A stretch of DNA of 64,000 nt, from NCBI GenBank assembly GCA_051362555.1, contig CM120640.1:47904788-47968787 (forward strand), in the 5' to 3' direction. The position numbers and the translations under genes are program-made. Source of the stretch: Lingula anatina (Eukaryota > Animalia > Brachiopoda). Positions 1 to 11,320 of the stretch are shown piece after piece (the first letter of the stretch is position 1; the number at the start of each line of letters is the position of its first letter). Under the pieces are notes generated by a model. The model was not told the origin of the DNA. It saw only the letters and a program-made list of their open reading frames with translations, and did no database searches.

Positions 1-49
1 CTCTGATCTCACCAATTTCATGGATCCACCAGTGCTTTGGACCTTGAGA

Positions 50-59
50 ATGGGCCAGA
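50..59 (+). CDS. Gene 1 (acidic disordered mini-exon protein), first visible coding exon: MGQ(R)
   Basis: ATG at 50 in strong context (agaATGG); donor A|GTGAGT at 59/60, phase 1, joins in frame to exon at 140. The frame is also open back to the window start (weaker ATG at 20), so this could be an internal exon of a longer protein. Confidence 0.5.
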
Positions 60-139
60 GTGAGTGGCAATCAGATTTTATGCAACAAACTTGAAAATAA
101 TACACACAGCACCAACTGTATTCTACTTTCAATTTGCAG

Positions 140-214
140 GGGAAAGTTCTCCAAAAGAGGAACAAATCAATAAAGAGAATGAAGAGAAGAAAGACGAAGA
201 AAAACCAACAGAAG
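140..214 (+). CDS. Gene 1 exon, 75 nt: ESSPKEEQINKENEEKKDEEKPTE
   Basis: Acceptor tttgcag| at 139, donor GAAG|GTAAGA at 214/215; symmetric phase 1-1; E/K-rich. Confidence 0.8.
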
Positions 215-579
215 GTAAGATCATCAGAATTATTTTACTTTCAGTTTACTTCAACAATACATCAAATAACTGAAAATGAAATTTTTCAGAAACTTCCCCC
301 ATGTTTTTCTTATGTAGCAGACAAAGAAGTTAAAAAGGGGAGTGTATGGAGTTATGACAAGGGAGTTAAAAATGATATACAAACCAAATCTGTGCAAGCA
401 TAGTTTAACTTTCACTGCTTTACATCTTGCATTGATCTCTGTAATTGTTCAGTCAATAATTTGTTACGTATTTCATGCTTATGCAGCAATCACATAGGCT
501 TGGTGCCAGTTAGCATTTCATGATAATGTGCTTTGTGTGGCATATTTAGCTTTGCATATGCAATTTTTGCCAATTAAAG

Positions 580-648
580 GTGACACTTCAACAGCACCTG
601 CTACGGAAGAAAAAACAGAAGAGACAGCAGCAACAACAGAAACCAGTG
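580..648 (+). CDS. Gene 1 exon, 69 nt: GDTSTAPATEEKTEETAATTETS
   Basis: Acceptor ttaaag| at 579, donor AGTG|GTAAGA at 648/649; phase 1-1; shares APATEEKTE with next exon. Confidence 0.75.
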
Positions 649-1072
649 GTAAGATTTAACCACCATATAATGTGCAAATGTTAATGAAAATATTTAGTGA
701 GAAGTGTTTTGTAATACATAACCAATTGGACCAAATAGGTATGTGCACATGCAAGTGATTCATCCAGTTTTTCCCTTCTTTTTGATTTAAAATTTTCTCC
801 TTTTAAAAAACAGAAATGTTTCAACTTGAACAAAAAAAACATATTCTTTGTTTTTAAGAACTGGGATGCATTACACTTTTTTCACCATAGTTGGGATATT
901 GACTACAAGACTAACAGTGACCAATATTTAATTGCTAGTGCTTTTATTAACACGCATCTCAAACTGCATAATCTAAGCATTTAACTTGCAATTTCTGGTA
1001 CAATAATGCTTTGTTATTAGCCAAGCCATAATGCTTACTAGCCTAAGAATTGCTTTTTTTCAAAAATATAAG

Positions 1073-1123
1073 GTGAAACAGCTGCTCCTGCAACAGAGGA
1101 AAAAACAGAAACGACAACAGAAG
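1073..1123 (+). CDS. Gene 1 exon, 51 nt: GETAAPATEEKTETTTE
   Basis: Acceptor tataag| at 1072, donor GAAG|GTACTT at 1123/1124; phase 1-1; paralogous to exon 580-648. Confidence 0.75.
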
Positions 1124-2340
1124 GTACTTTTATGTTGTAGAATTTGACCCAAAGTACAACAACACAACTGTTTTTTGTTTGCACATCTGAGACTATTTTT
1201 AGGATGATAATAATGACAATTTTCAGTTTTATCAGGATACAAGCAGTAAGACATGTGATAGATAATTAGAATAACTATTTCTTGTATATGATTCAGTTCA
1301 TTAAACTCCAGTAATAACCATTTTGAGTTATGGCCACCTATTCTTAGTCCCAGATCAAATAGTTCTGCAAAAACAGTTGTGTTCATCTAACACCTAACAT
1401 AGACTGAAAATAGTCTATTTGATGTCCCCAAACAAAGGAAGGTTTTACAGTCCAATTTCAAGACAGTCTGGTTGTTTAGTCCAGTCCCATTTTTGTCCTT
1501 ATGTGAACATTTCCTAACATTTTCTCTATACTGATGCATGCACTTATTTTTATTTTTTGTTTATATATGTGTTAATTTATTATTATTATTTTAAATGCTA
1601 AAGGTGCTTTTACAGTTGAGTTGTGGCTACCTAACTCAGTACCATATTTTACCTGTAGCATGCCAGAAAACTCCATTACAAATGGTAGTGGGTTGGACAA
1701 GAGAGAAAACATATTGAACCCCAATGGTTACATAGAGTTACTGTCATAATAAGTGAAGCCATTTCAACTGGACTGTATACGTACTTTAATTGTTGGTGCT
1801 TTGTGAAAAAGTCAGTTATTTGTTGTTCAATGAGTATTATACATGTATACCCCAAAGTTATAATGTGATACAAAAATTGAGATCAGCTCTCTTCAAAATC
1901 AATTCAAGTTTAGATGCTAGCTAAAATCCTTTTCTTTTGCTCTTAAATACAGCTTGGCAGTTTTGTTTTGTGTTCTTGGTGTTCTTACAAAACCTGCCAT
2001 TCCTGTGGAGGAGAGTGCAATGGCACTTGCCATAGTTGCACGTTTTGCCATTGAAATATTGGGCTCCAAGAAATCAATCAAGAAAAATGTTTCTGAATAT
2101 TTCATAGAGATAGACACTTGAACACATACTTGTATTGGATGATTAAATCAAATTGGTTATGAAGTATCCTATTAAAAGGTACATTTGTAGTTATTACAAG
2201 TGAAATATTTTGCTGTGTGTCATAAAATTCCTCCCAACCAATCATAGTAATTAGCTTATTGGAAATAACCACACATTTATTAGATTCTTTTTAGGTTAAT
2301 AATGTGCTTAGTGGTACCTGGTACCTTGGAACATTTATTA

Positions 2341-2442
2341 ATTCAATTTCATCACACCCACCAAGTAAACTCCATTAAAACAAGATATATTTAGTAATTC
2401 CAATTTTATCACTTCCACCATGTAAACCCCATTAAAACAAGG
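2341..2442. repeat. Short imperfect direct duplication (~45 bp unit, ~57 bp period)
   Basis: caatttcatcacacccaccaagtaaactccattaaaacaag vs caattttatcacttccaccatgtaaaccccattaaaacaag. Confidence 0.7.
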
Positions 2443-3825
2443 AGACTCTACAAAACATATCAAAACACTGGCAATTTTTTTCCAATGTTATCTCATAGAA
2501 TATGAAACCATGTCCACATGCCTGACAAAAAACAAGTAGCCAAGGAAGATAAATGTAAAATAAAACCAAAAGAACCTATTTAATAACACATTCCCCCTTG
2601 GATACCCATTTCTGGAGTGGATACTTGTAAAAATCCCCCTCTGAGCCTAATCCCAAACAGATCATATCAGGCCGTACAAACACCAAGGCCGTGATCCAAT
2701 AACAGCCAGGCTCTTGTCCACGTTATTATGATTTGTATACAGGTAACCAAGGGAGGGTATTGACACAGCCATCAATGACAGTCTGGCTCTGAATGTTTAC
2801 ATGTAAAATTATACCCACTGTGGGTTGGATATGCATGAGAGCTATTTAATGATATATCCCATGCTGCACTTGTATTTGTCTGGGTTGCTCATATTTAATA
2901 AAACATTGCGTGCTGTTGCCATAATGAACTTTACATATAATTAAAAAGGTATGCTTCAAAGGCATCTGATGATGTATCACTGCGCATATATTTGTCTCTA
3001 AGTTGATACAATGTATTAAAATAGTCTGCATTATTGGCACAACTAAATTTGATGTCTAATTGGGAGAAAAGCATGATAATGCTTTAGTGATGATTTGTCA
3101 CTGTATTCGTTTGTTTGGTCATATGAGAATGCAGCGTTGCCATAACTGAAGAGCACATAATTAATCAAATGTGTCAGGGACATGCTTCAGGTGTGATATT
3201 TTATTAACACATACGAAGAGCAATGTTGGGCAGAGACAGATTACAATTACAATTACAAACATTAATTAATCTTACTATTGATCCATTATTGTATAATGTA
3301 ATCAACATGATATCATAGTGAATAACACATGATAATTTTATCAACAAGGTTAATGTAAGTGCAGAATCAATTAGAATTTATAGACTGCCATTGTTTTAGA
3401 AAATTCATGTCATGTTATAGTTGTTTGGGAAGCTGTTATGTTGTAATTCTAATATTTGTCAACTTGGTAATTTATGCACCTCATTAACCAGTCCCCTTAA
3501 AATACTTATCCAATAAATAGTGCAATTTAATAACATTCATAAGCTTGATATTTATATTCTGCAAATTTAAGTAACTCTCTTTTAGATATTGAAATATTAA
3601 ATGAGATATTAGTATGTACATGTAGTACAATTGTGTCCATCCAACAGAACATACCCTCTGATATAAGATAGGTCAGATTCTTTTTACTTCCTTACTACTT
3701 TTTTCTGATAACGCTATTAACCTCTAAATGTTCATATACACTTCTTGTCTATCTGTCTACATTTTATTGTACACCATGACAACCAGTATTAATATCCACC
3801 CCTCATCTTATCAACATAATTAAAG

Positions 3826-4217
3826 GTAGTACAGAGGTGACAACAAATGAGGAAGATGAAAATAGAACAGACACTGAGCCAGTGGACGACTGTCCTCAGC
3901 AGACACCTGAGGAAAAAGAATTATCTGAAAATCCAGAACAAAAAGACGAAGTAGTTGAACTAAATAAAGAGGAAGCTGGAGAGGATTCAGAGAAACCAGA
4001 TGAAAATAAAGAGGAATCTGTGACTGTAGAAAATAAAACAGATGATTCTAAAATAGCTGAAGAGGTGATACTGCCACCATCCATAGAGGCAGACACTGGG
4101 ATCATGGCTCAGGAGTGTCAAGATGACGTGCAGCCTGAACCCAGTGAAGGTGACATGCTCGTGCCGCCTCTGCATGTATCCCAGAAATCACCCGCTGTAG
4201 TCAAACCTAGACCATAA
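3826..4217 (+). CDS. Gene 1 large alternative exon, acidic (GSTEVTTNEEDENRTD...): cassette to 4149 or terminal to stop at 4217
   Basis: Acceptor ttaaag| at 3825 in phase 1; E/D/K-rich ORF 3837-4217; in-phase internal donor GAAG|GTGACA at 4149/4150 gives a symmetric 324-nt cassette. Confidence 0.7.
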
Positions 4218-5302
4218 TGCATCATTCAACCTCTTAATGACATTTTTCTGTTCATCCCAACAAATATCCTACCTCTTGCACTTTTAATAGTTAGAACAGA
4301 CTAACAAAAAATTAGGTGCTCAGTCGCATTTGAGTTCTCAACCCTCTACATGAACCTATAAGAAATTCCTCTTATAATGGTGACATATTTTGCATGTAGC
4401 ATGATGGTTTTATCCAGCTTTCAGATCAAATACCCACTTTGTTTTATTCATTATCAAATTGTTTCTTTAATTACCTCTTTCTTATGATTTTTTTGGTGGA
4501 TGGTTTTGCTGTTGGTACAATTGTGTATTTGATCCCAGTTTATTGGAAGATGGGCATCATTTCTTTTGATCCCTTTGATAGCACAGTGTAAAAATGCATG
4601 CCTGCATGAATATTACAAGATCTATTTGGGTACTTCTACAGGTACAAATTGTAGTAAATCCTTCTGAAATTTTAATTCAAATTTAATGTTGTGTTTTATT
4701 TCTCCTTTTTATGGTGGTCTGAAAGATTTTAAGTGAGATTTAGTGATTTATGTCAGGTGATGGGAGTAAATTTAAATCAGTACCTGTGTCATTTTACCTT
4801 TTAGATTTGTTGTGTTATATATATAGCTCCAAGTACATAGTAGTAAAATGCATGATGAAATTCAGGGAAATGAAATCAATGCATGTTACCGGGTACTATG
4901 AATTCTGTAGAAGCTTAATATTGGAACTGATATTACTTCATATAGTAAAGTAGCATCAGCTCACTTCATTTTAGTATTTTTATGTGTGTTTGCTTAACAT
5001 TTTTGTTATATTTTGGAAACAGTATCAGATAAGCAATGAATTTGATGTTTCAATTCCTGAGCCATAATGAATTTTTAGCTTTTGGGGAAAGACGTGTTGG
5101 CTAGTGTGAGCCGATAATAATGTGTTATATTTTCCAACTTTTGTTCATTTTGCTACAAATTTTTCAAATTGGCAGTAACCTTAATTACCTACATTAAAAG
5201 TTTGTTAAAATTTTGTAGTTCTCTTTTTTCACTGCATTTTGTTTGCAGTCCAGTTAAAGAATTAACCAATGTTTTATTTGTGTTTTTTTTTTCTCTTTAC
5301 AG

Positions 5303-5374
5303 GGGAACAGAAGCCAGCTGAAGATGAAGCACAGAAACCTGCTGAGGAGGGAGAGGCAGCAAAGCCAGCTGAAG
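5303..5374 (+). CDS. Gene 1 exon, 72 nt: GEQKPAEDEAQKPAEEGEAAKPAE
   Basis: Strong polypyrimidine acceptor ttctctttacag| at 5302, donor GAAG|GTAAAG at 5374/5375; three KPAE repeats. Confidence 0.85.
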
Positions 5375-6014
5375 GTAAAGTGTCCTGTTAAATGCTCTTT
5401 TCTAAAGTAATTAAATCAGTAGATGGACTAACAGCTGGAAGGGTATCACACCCTTTCTCTTCCCCTGTTACCAATGTTGAAGGATTTTGATTAATTTTTT
5501 TTAACCAAACATCTCCTTCTCATTTGTGCTTTTCTTTGGCCAGCAAAAATTACATAATTGATACAAGATTTAACAGTATCATTCTGTTTAAGGGTCATTA
5601 TTTACTAGACCAAGTAGTATATGCACTACTACTTACCCTAACTATATAGACATATCCATAGTGGCTTGTTGATTTTGCTGAAAGAAGTATATAATCTCTA
5701 CAAAGGGGTCAATACAAATATTTAATGGTGTTTGGATTCTCTGAGGCTGATGAGAAATCAGACTATGTTTCACCTTGATTTTAATTTAGAACATTGCTTT
5801 ATTTTTGAATCCCCTATTGTGCAATACTTTCATTTTTGTCTTTTTGAAAATCTGGGAATATTCAAAATTGAACTTTTTCCCATTTAAATCTTTTTAGAAA
5901 AATGAATAGATGCACCAGTGCATCTCTTATCTTGAAATGCATAAAGATGGTGCATACTTACAAAGAAATTTATATTCCTTTTTTTTCTCTAAAGTTACAC
6001 TTATTCTATTTCAG

Positions 6015-6061
6015 AAGCTGCCCCAGCAGATAGTGAACAACAACAAGCAGCTGCAGAATAA
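6015..6061 (+). CDS. Gene 1 last coding exon: EAAPADSEQQQAAAE*
   Basis: Acceptor tatttcag| at 6014, phase 1, TAA at 6059-6061; followed by AU-rich sequence with AATAAA at 6297 and 8391. Confidence 0.75.
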
Positions 6062-7769
6062 ATCTTCCCTTAAGTATAGACTTTTTATAGACATTTACAA
6101 CTGCTCAAACCTTGACACAGAAAATAGTTTCCTATCGTTAACATGCTTGTGTGCCTAAAGACATCTGAAGATGGAGTAAAAAAAAAAAGAAAAGAAAAGA
6201 AAAAGGAACTGGAATAAAATGATCTTGTGGTTGTGATGAGACAGTCCCAGTGAATTTCAGAGGCGGAGGAGCAAACATTTTACTCCCTTATTGCTGAATA
6301 AAACCCTTTTTGGTAAAATGTAGTGTTTGGCCCTCCCCCCTCCAATCTTCCATTGTTTAAACATGGCATATGTAAAATATGTAGGATAGACTCTATTTTT
6401 TATATAAGTTGTAATTGTGTGTAAGTATATACATAAATATGAACATATATATATTTAAGCAGCTCAACCATGCCAATTACATGGTGTATTATTATTATTA
6501 TGAATATAGTTGTTATGGTTGGCGTCTTCACCACTGTGATCACATCTCATTAAAATGCTTATACTGCGCATGTATGATACACCTTTTATTTCTAGAGTAG
6601 ATTTACAGTCATAATATCATTGATTTATGTACATATTTTCTAATCATTTTATAGTCTGCAAAACTAACTATCCAAACAATGCTTTGGGCTGGTCTGTAAC
6701 TGCTGTTTTTAAACAACTTTACTATTTGTGACTCCCATTTCTGGGCGCATCTTTAAGATACATTTATTTTTATATTTGGACTATGTCAACTTCCAATATT
6801 TTTTCAAAATATTCAGGTCTAGCAATTCAGTCAGTTTTGAAATTCTTTTAATTTATACCTTTATTTCTTAACTTTAATTTCAAGAAGATTTTAGTCAGGT
6901 ACTTATTCCTTATCTAGTCCTGTAACACTTATTAACACGTATTTCTTTTACTCCATTTTTAATTGGTCAGTTTTTAGCTTTATAACGGAAATGACAGTTT
7001 TACAGTCAGGGGCATAGATTGTTTTGGAAAAGCAGTTTAAGAAATTTTTGATTTTTTTTACAGTCCTACCTATTTCTAACAATAGTTTCCATTGTGGCAA
7101 CTGCAAAGCCTTGCATAATATGACTCAACTTATTACATTTGGATTTAGGTACCATTTCATCACATAGATAATGAATTAGCAACTTTTAGTTGTAGAATTT
7201 TTCTTATGATTTAAGAATATTTTTCTGTGCAATCATGTCAGATCATAAATCATAGGGTCTTGGCATTTCTTAGGCACCTGGGCTTACTCTAACATATACA
7301 TCTTTTTAAAAACAAAGTTGCCATCGACGTGACCTAGAAATGTAAATTATCTCAAATGACTTAGTATTGATTTCACTGAGTAAATGTAATTTGGGCAGGA
7401 AAATTCCTAAGACAAAAATTATGTGAGCGTGAGCCCAGGGTTTATGGAGTTCACATATAGAGGGAGGGACATGTGCAAGGCTGTATCTAGGGTAGGCCGT
7501 AAGTGCAAGTGTATATACAGTGTATCTATATAGGTTAAAACAATCAACTTCTATATGGTGTACAGATTGATACCTATCTCAAGGTGGACATGTATGAAGG
7601 GCTTTGCAGTTTAGTGATGGAACTTAACTCCCGATGGAATCATTTGGTAACATTTATCACTACTGCTCAATTTTCAATTACATGTATTTATGATTTTGCA
7701 TGATTACCATAGTCTTCCTTGTTTAATTTTTTAAATGTGAAAATCTTGCCATAACTGCACAAAAAGACA

Positions 7770-8245
7770 GCTATTCCGTCCAAAAAAAAGGAAAAATATG
7801 ACCAGTGAACATTTGGACAATCTGGGGTGATTTCGTAGATCAATCAACTAATTTGATTACCTATACGGAAATGACCGGGTTGTCTCAAATGGACCTTTGA
7901 ACTGACATGTCTCAAGTAAATTCCATCTACTATAAACTGTGTTTATTTACTAAATGTTTGACGGATCATAGAGACGGTTTCTCCATCAGCACCCCGACTT
8001 TCAATATTTATCAGTTTCATTTCGCACACAACAAATGTCCATTTCACGAGGTTTTTAAAGGTTTTCAAATCTGATTTCAATTGGGCTAAATAACAAGTAA
8101 AAGTTGGGTTAAGTACCTTCTTGCGAAATATCCTAAAATGTTTTGGACTTGACTGCTCCAAAGTAAAGTCAAGATTGATGAAATAACTATCTGAAACTTG
8201 GGGTGCTGAGAGAGTCACTGAAACGGCAGAACACGTTGCTTAAGA
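7770..8245. mobile_element. Probable decayed non-autonomous DNA transposon/foldback relic
   Basis: Internal inverted repeat tcagcaccccgactttca (7986-8003) / tgaaacttggggtgctga (8192-8209), 16/18 match; CpG-containing island in a CpG-poor region; boundaries approximate. Confidence 0.35.
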
Positions 8246-9024
8246 CCCAAGTCTTTTGAAATGTGTCTTTATTTAATAGGTTCAAGTTTGAGAAGTACCA
8301 AATTCGTGTAATGAGTTTGTATGGTTAAGTCAACATTGAAGTCAGGCTGTTTCATGATCAGTTTTTGTATATATAGACTAGTATTTTTAAAATAAAATGA
8401 TTGTATTCTTAGTATAGTACTTTCTTGTCATTCATATTTTTATTTTGTAGTCAAACAAAGTAACCTCAAAGTGAAAAAAGAAACTGCTTTTTTCTCTGAA
8501 AGAATAACATTTTTGAACACGATGTAAACTTAACTCGCGCTTATATTTACAAGGACGATGAAGCAAATATTCTCATTATGGCTTCTTACAACTTGTGTGT
8601 AAGATATACACAGCTAATATAACTACAAGAGAACTAACATGGCTGCTCCGTTAAAATATATTACAACGATACCAGTAACCAAAGACGGGCATGTCGATTG
8701 CCCCATTTTTGTCAGGTATTCTATTGTTATCTATAACAGCTTTCAATGTTCCTCCACCACTGCTGTGACTGCACGTGGACAGTGATGGTCCTACTGAACA
8801 GAGCCAGATAGCGCTATCACACACCAATCCTATGTAATAGTTGATTGCACTTGGATTGATAATGTGGGTCAAGAGCCCATACTCATGGTCATATGGTATT
8901 TATACAAATGTAGGGGCGTCTAAAGATCACTTCAAACATTTTAATCAACAGGTGTCATTAAAACCACCAGGACCGTTTACACCGTATACTTTGGCATAAG
9001 ACCGCGTTTCTTTTTGTTTTAAAC

Positions 9025-9720
9025 ATGAACATGAGGATTACAGTTGTGTTTTTGTGCGTTTCCGTTTTCGCTCTGGATGTCATAGCAACCGCTACTAATA
9101 ACTCTACCACTACTCCAGCACCGACGACTCAAACAACGAAAAGTACGACTGTGACACCGACGACTCAAACTACTCAGAAAACAACCACGACAGCGTCAAA
9201 AACCACCCAAACTACCAAGACACCAACCACGACATCGTCACAGACTACCCAGACTACAAAGAAGCCAACCACGACAGCGTCATCGACTACCCAAACTACC
9301 AAGACACCAACCACGACGGCGTCATCGACTACCCAAACTACCAAGACACCAACCACGACAGCGTCACAAACTACCCAAACCACCAAAATGCCAACTACGA
9401 CTGCCTCACAGACCACCCAAACTACCCAGAAGTCAACCACAACGGCTTCCCCTACTACCAAAACGTCACGCAAGGCCACCACAATGACGCAAACAACTCA
9501 GCGTATGACCACCGAAGTTGTAACGAAAGCAACCGCCACGAAATTTATGACTACAGGCACCACCAGTAAGAGTGCTACTACCGGATCTCATACGACACAA
9601 AGTAGAAAACCCACCCCGACAACTCCGAAAAATGACGGCGCGTTTCTCAAGTCATTGCCGCTCCAGACTCTCCTGTTACCGTTACTCGCGTCCCTGATTG
9701 GGCTTAAGCAGTTTTTATAA
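9025..9720 (+). CDS. Thr-rich mucin-like secreted, probably GPI-anchored, protein (231 aa, single coding exon)
   Basis: N-terminal signal peptide (MNMRITVVFLCVSVFALDVIATA); ~7-9 copies of a 14-aa repeat TASxTTQTTKTPTT; small residues KNDG then a hydrophobic C-terminus (LLLPLLASLIGLKQFL) typical of a GPI signal; ATG context aaacATG. Confidence 0.85.
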   Translation: MNMRITVVFLCVSVFALDVIATATNNSTTTPAPTTQTTKSTTVTPTTQTTQKTTTTASKTTQTTKTPTTTSSQTTQTTKKPTTTASSTTQTTKTPTTTASSTTQTTKTPTTTASQTTQTTKMPTTTASQTTQTTQKSTTTASPTTKTSRKATTMTQTTQRMTTEVVTKATATKFMTTGTTSKSATTGSHTTQSRKPTPTTPKNDGAFLKSLPLQTLLLPLLASLIGLKQFL

Positions 9721-11136
9721 ACAGAAATTAACGGGGAACTTAATAATTTTTTAGGATGGAAAAAGGAACTAAAGATTAAAAACTGTAACAGATAAAAAAT
9801 GGCTCCAAGAAGATAGCCAAAGACTGCCGGAGAACGGTAGTTTTGACGAGAAAAAGACGATTGTAGGTATAAACTAATTAAATCCTTACCTGAAAGGCCG
9901 CCTGTTGCTAATGATATATATGGGATATCAAGAGTGAACATTCGCGAGCAAGTTATATTTAATTCAATCTCCAATACCAGCTACTCTTTTCATCAACAAA
10001 AAGATTTAGGTTTTTGTAAATTAAGCTGCAAAACAGATCAGCAAAAACTGGAAAAAAAATCAATATTGACCTTATGAATGTCTAGCTTATTGTTTATTAT
10101 GGTATTATATAATAGACGTCTACGAGACCATTCTTTTTAGAATAGTGGACATGCAAGACATGAGGGGAAATAATATACTTGGGTTTAGGTACCGTTTTTT
10201 AATAATTAATATTAATTGGTGTAGCCCTGCCCCCTCGAATATAATTCATCTTTGTAATTTTCCAATACACACATTTTGTACTCAGTTGAAGTTCTTTCAC
10301 CCAGGTGTCATGTAAACTTCAATGATACTTGAAAATACTCTGTCTTTATAAATATATTTCTATATGTCTTTATCACCACTGCGATTAACGAAATAGTTTT
10401 AATTCTAAAATATTTCTGTGATGTTTACTTTGCATTTTGAATGAATAAGTCGTTGAAATAATCATTTGTCAATTGAAGGTACAAATATGAAAATAGTTAC
10501 AAAGGTCTATAAATTAATTTTCAAGGTCGGTTGGGTAAAGGTGCAATGTTAACCGATTTAGGACTACTAAAGGCACACACAGACCATTTCATTCCGAGAC
10601 TGATGTATATGTTGAACTTTCGGTTTAAAGAACACACATTGCACGTTAGTAACTGCGTTATAGTTTTTCTTGGAAAAATAATCCTATTGGTTTCCAAGCA
10701 TACGTATGTACAAAAGGCCTAGGCGCACTGATGAAGAGTAACATGTACAAGATAAGTTTAAAACCTATCTAGGTTAATCATTAATTTCTACGAAGAGAAG
10801 TTTGATCCTCTTATCTCTGGGTTATCGTTTATCTAGGTGTTGCAATTGTCATCTCGCAGTTGGACATTTCACCACGTGGAAGACGTCACATCCAGGTGTT
10901 AATTTCAGAATGTTGAGTAATGAATTGGGTTAGTAAAGAAAATCGGTTTTATCATTTTTCATCAGTTAAAAATTCTTATTTCTTTTGTTTTTAAGCGAGG
11001 AAATGTCACAATCAAAATTCTTGTTCTCTCTATATTTGTACATAGATATTAAACTTTGAATTGTGTTATCGGAGCTTGGGTGTCTAGCACATTTATCATT
11101 TGCTTTGCGCAGCTAGCTTGTATGCTATAATGCATC

Positions 11137-11320
11137 TTTATTACTTCCCTGGCCAATAATACTGGAGATGAAAAAAGAAGGCGTAGTCTAGAGGACGATT
11201 TGAAATATTCATTATGAAAAGCTAAATATGGTATTTTGATAAAGTTATTTGTGCAGTTTAAAAACAATTACATCAGTTACTAAATCAAATAAGTTAATAC
11301 TGTAGATAATATGAAAACAC
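11137..11320 (+). repeat. Diverged dispersed repeat, copy 1
   Basis: tttattacttccctggcca (11137-11155) identical to 15599-15617; aatattcattatg at 11204 and 15668 at near-equal spacing. Confidence 0.6.

Noticed and set aside
9174-9482. Val-rich minus-strand ORF (102 aa)
   Set aside because: Antisense shadow of the Thr codon repeats of the mucin gene.
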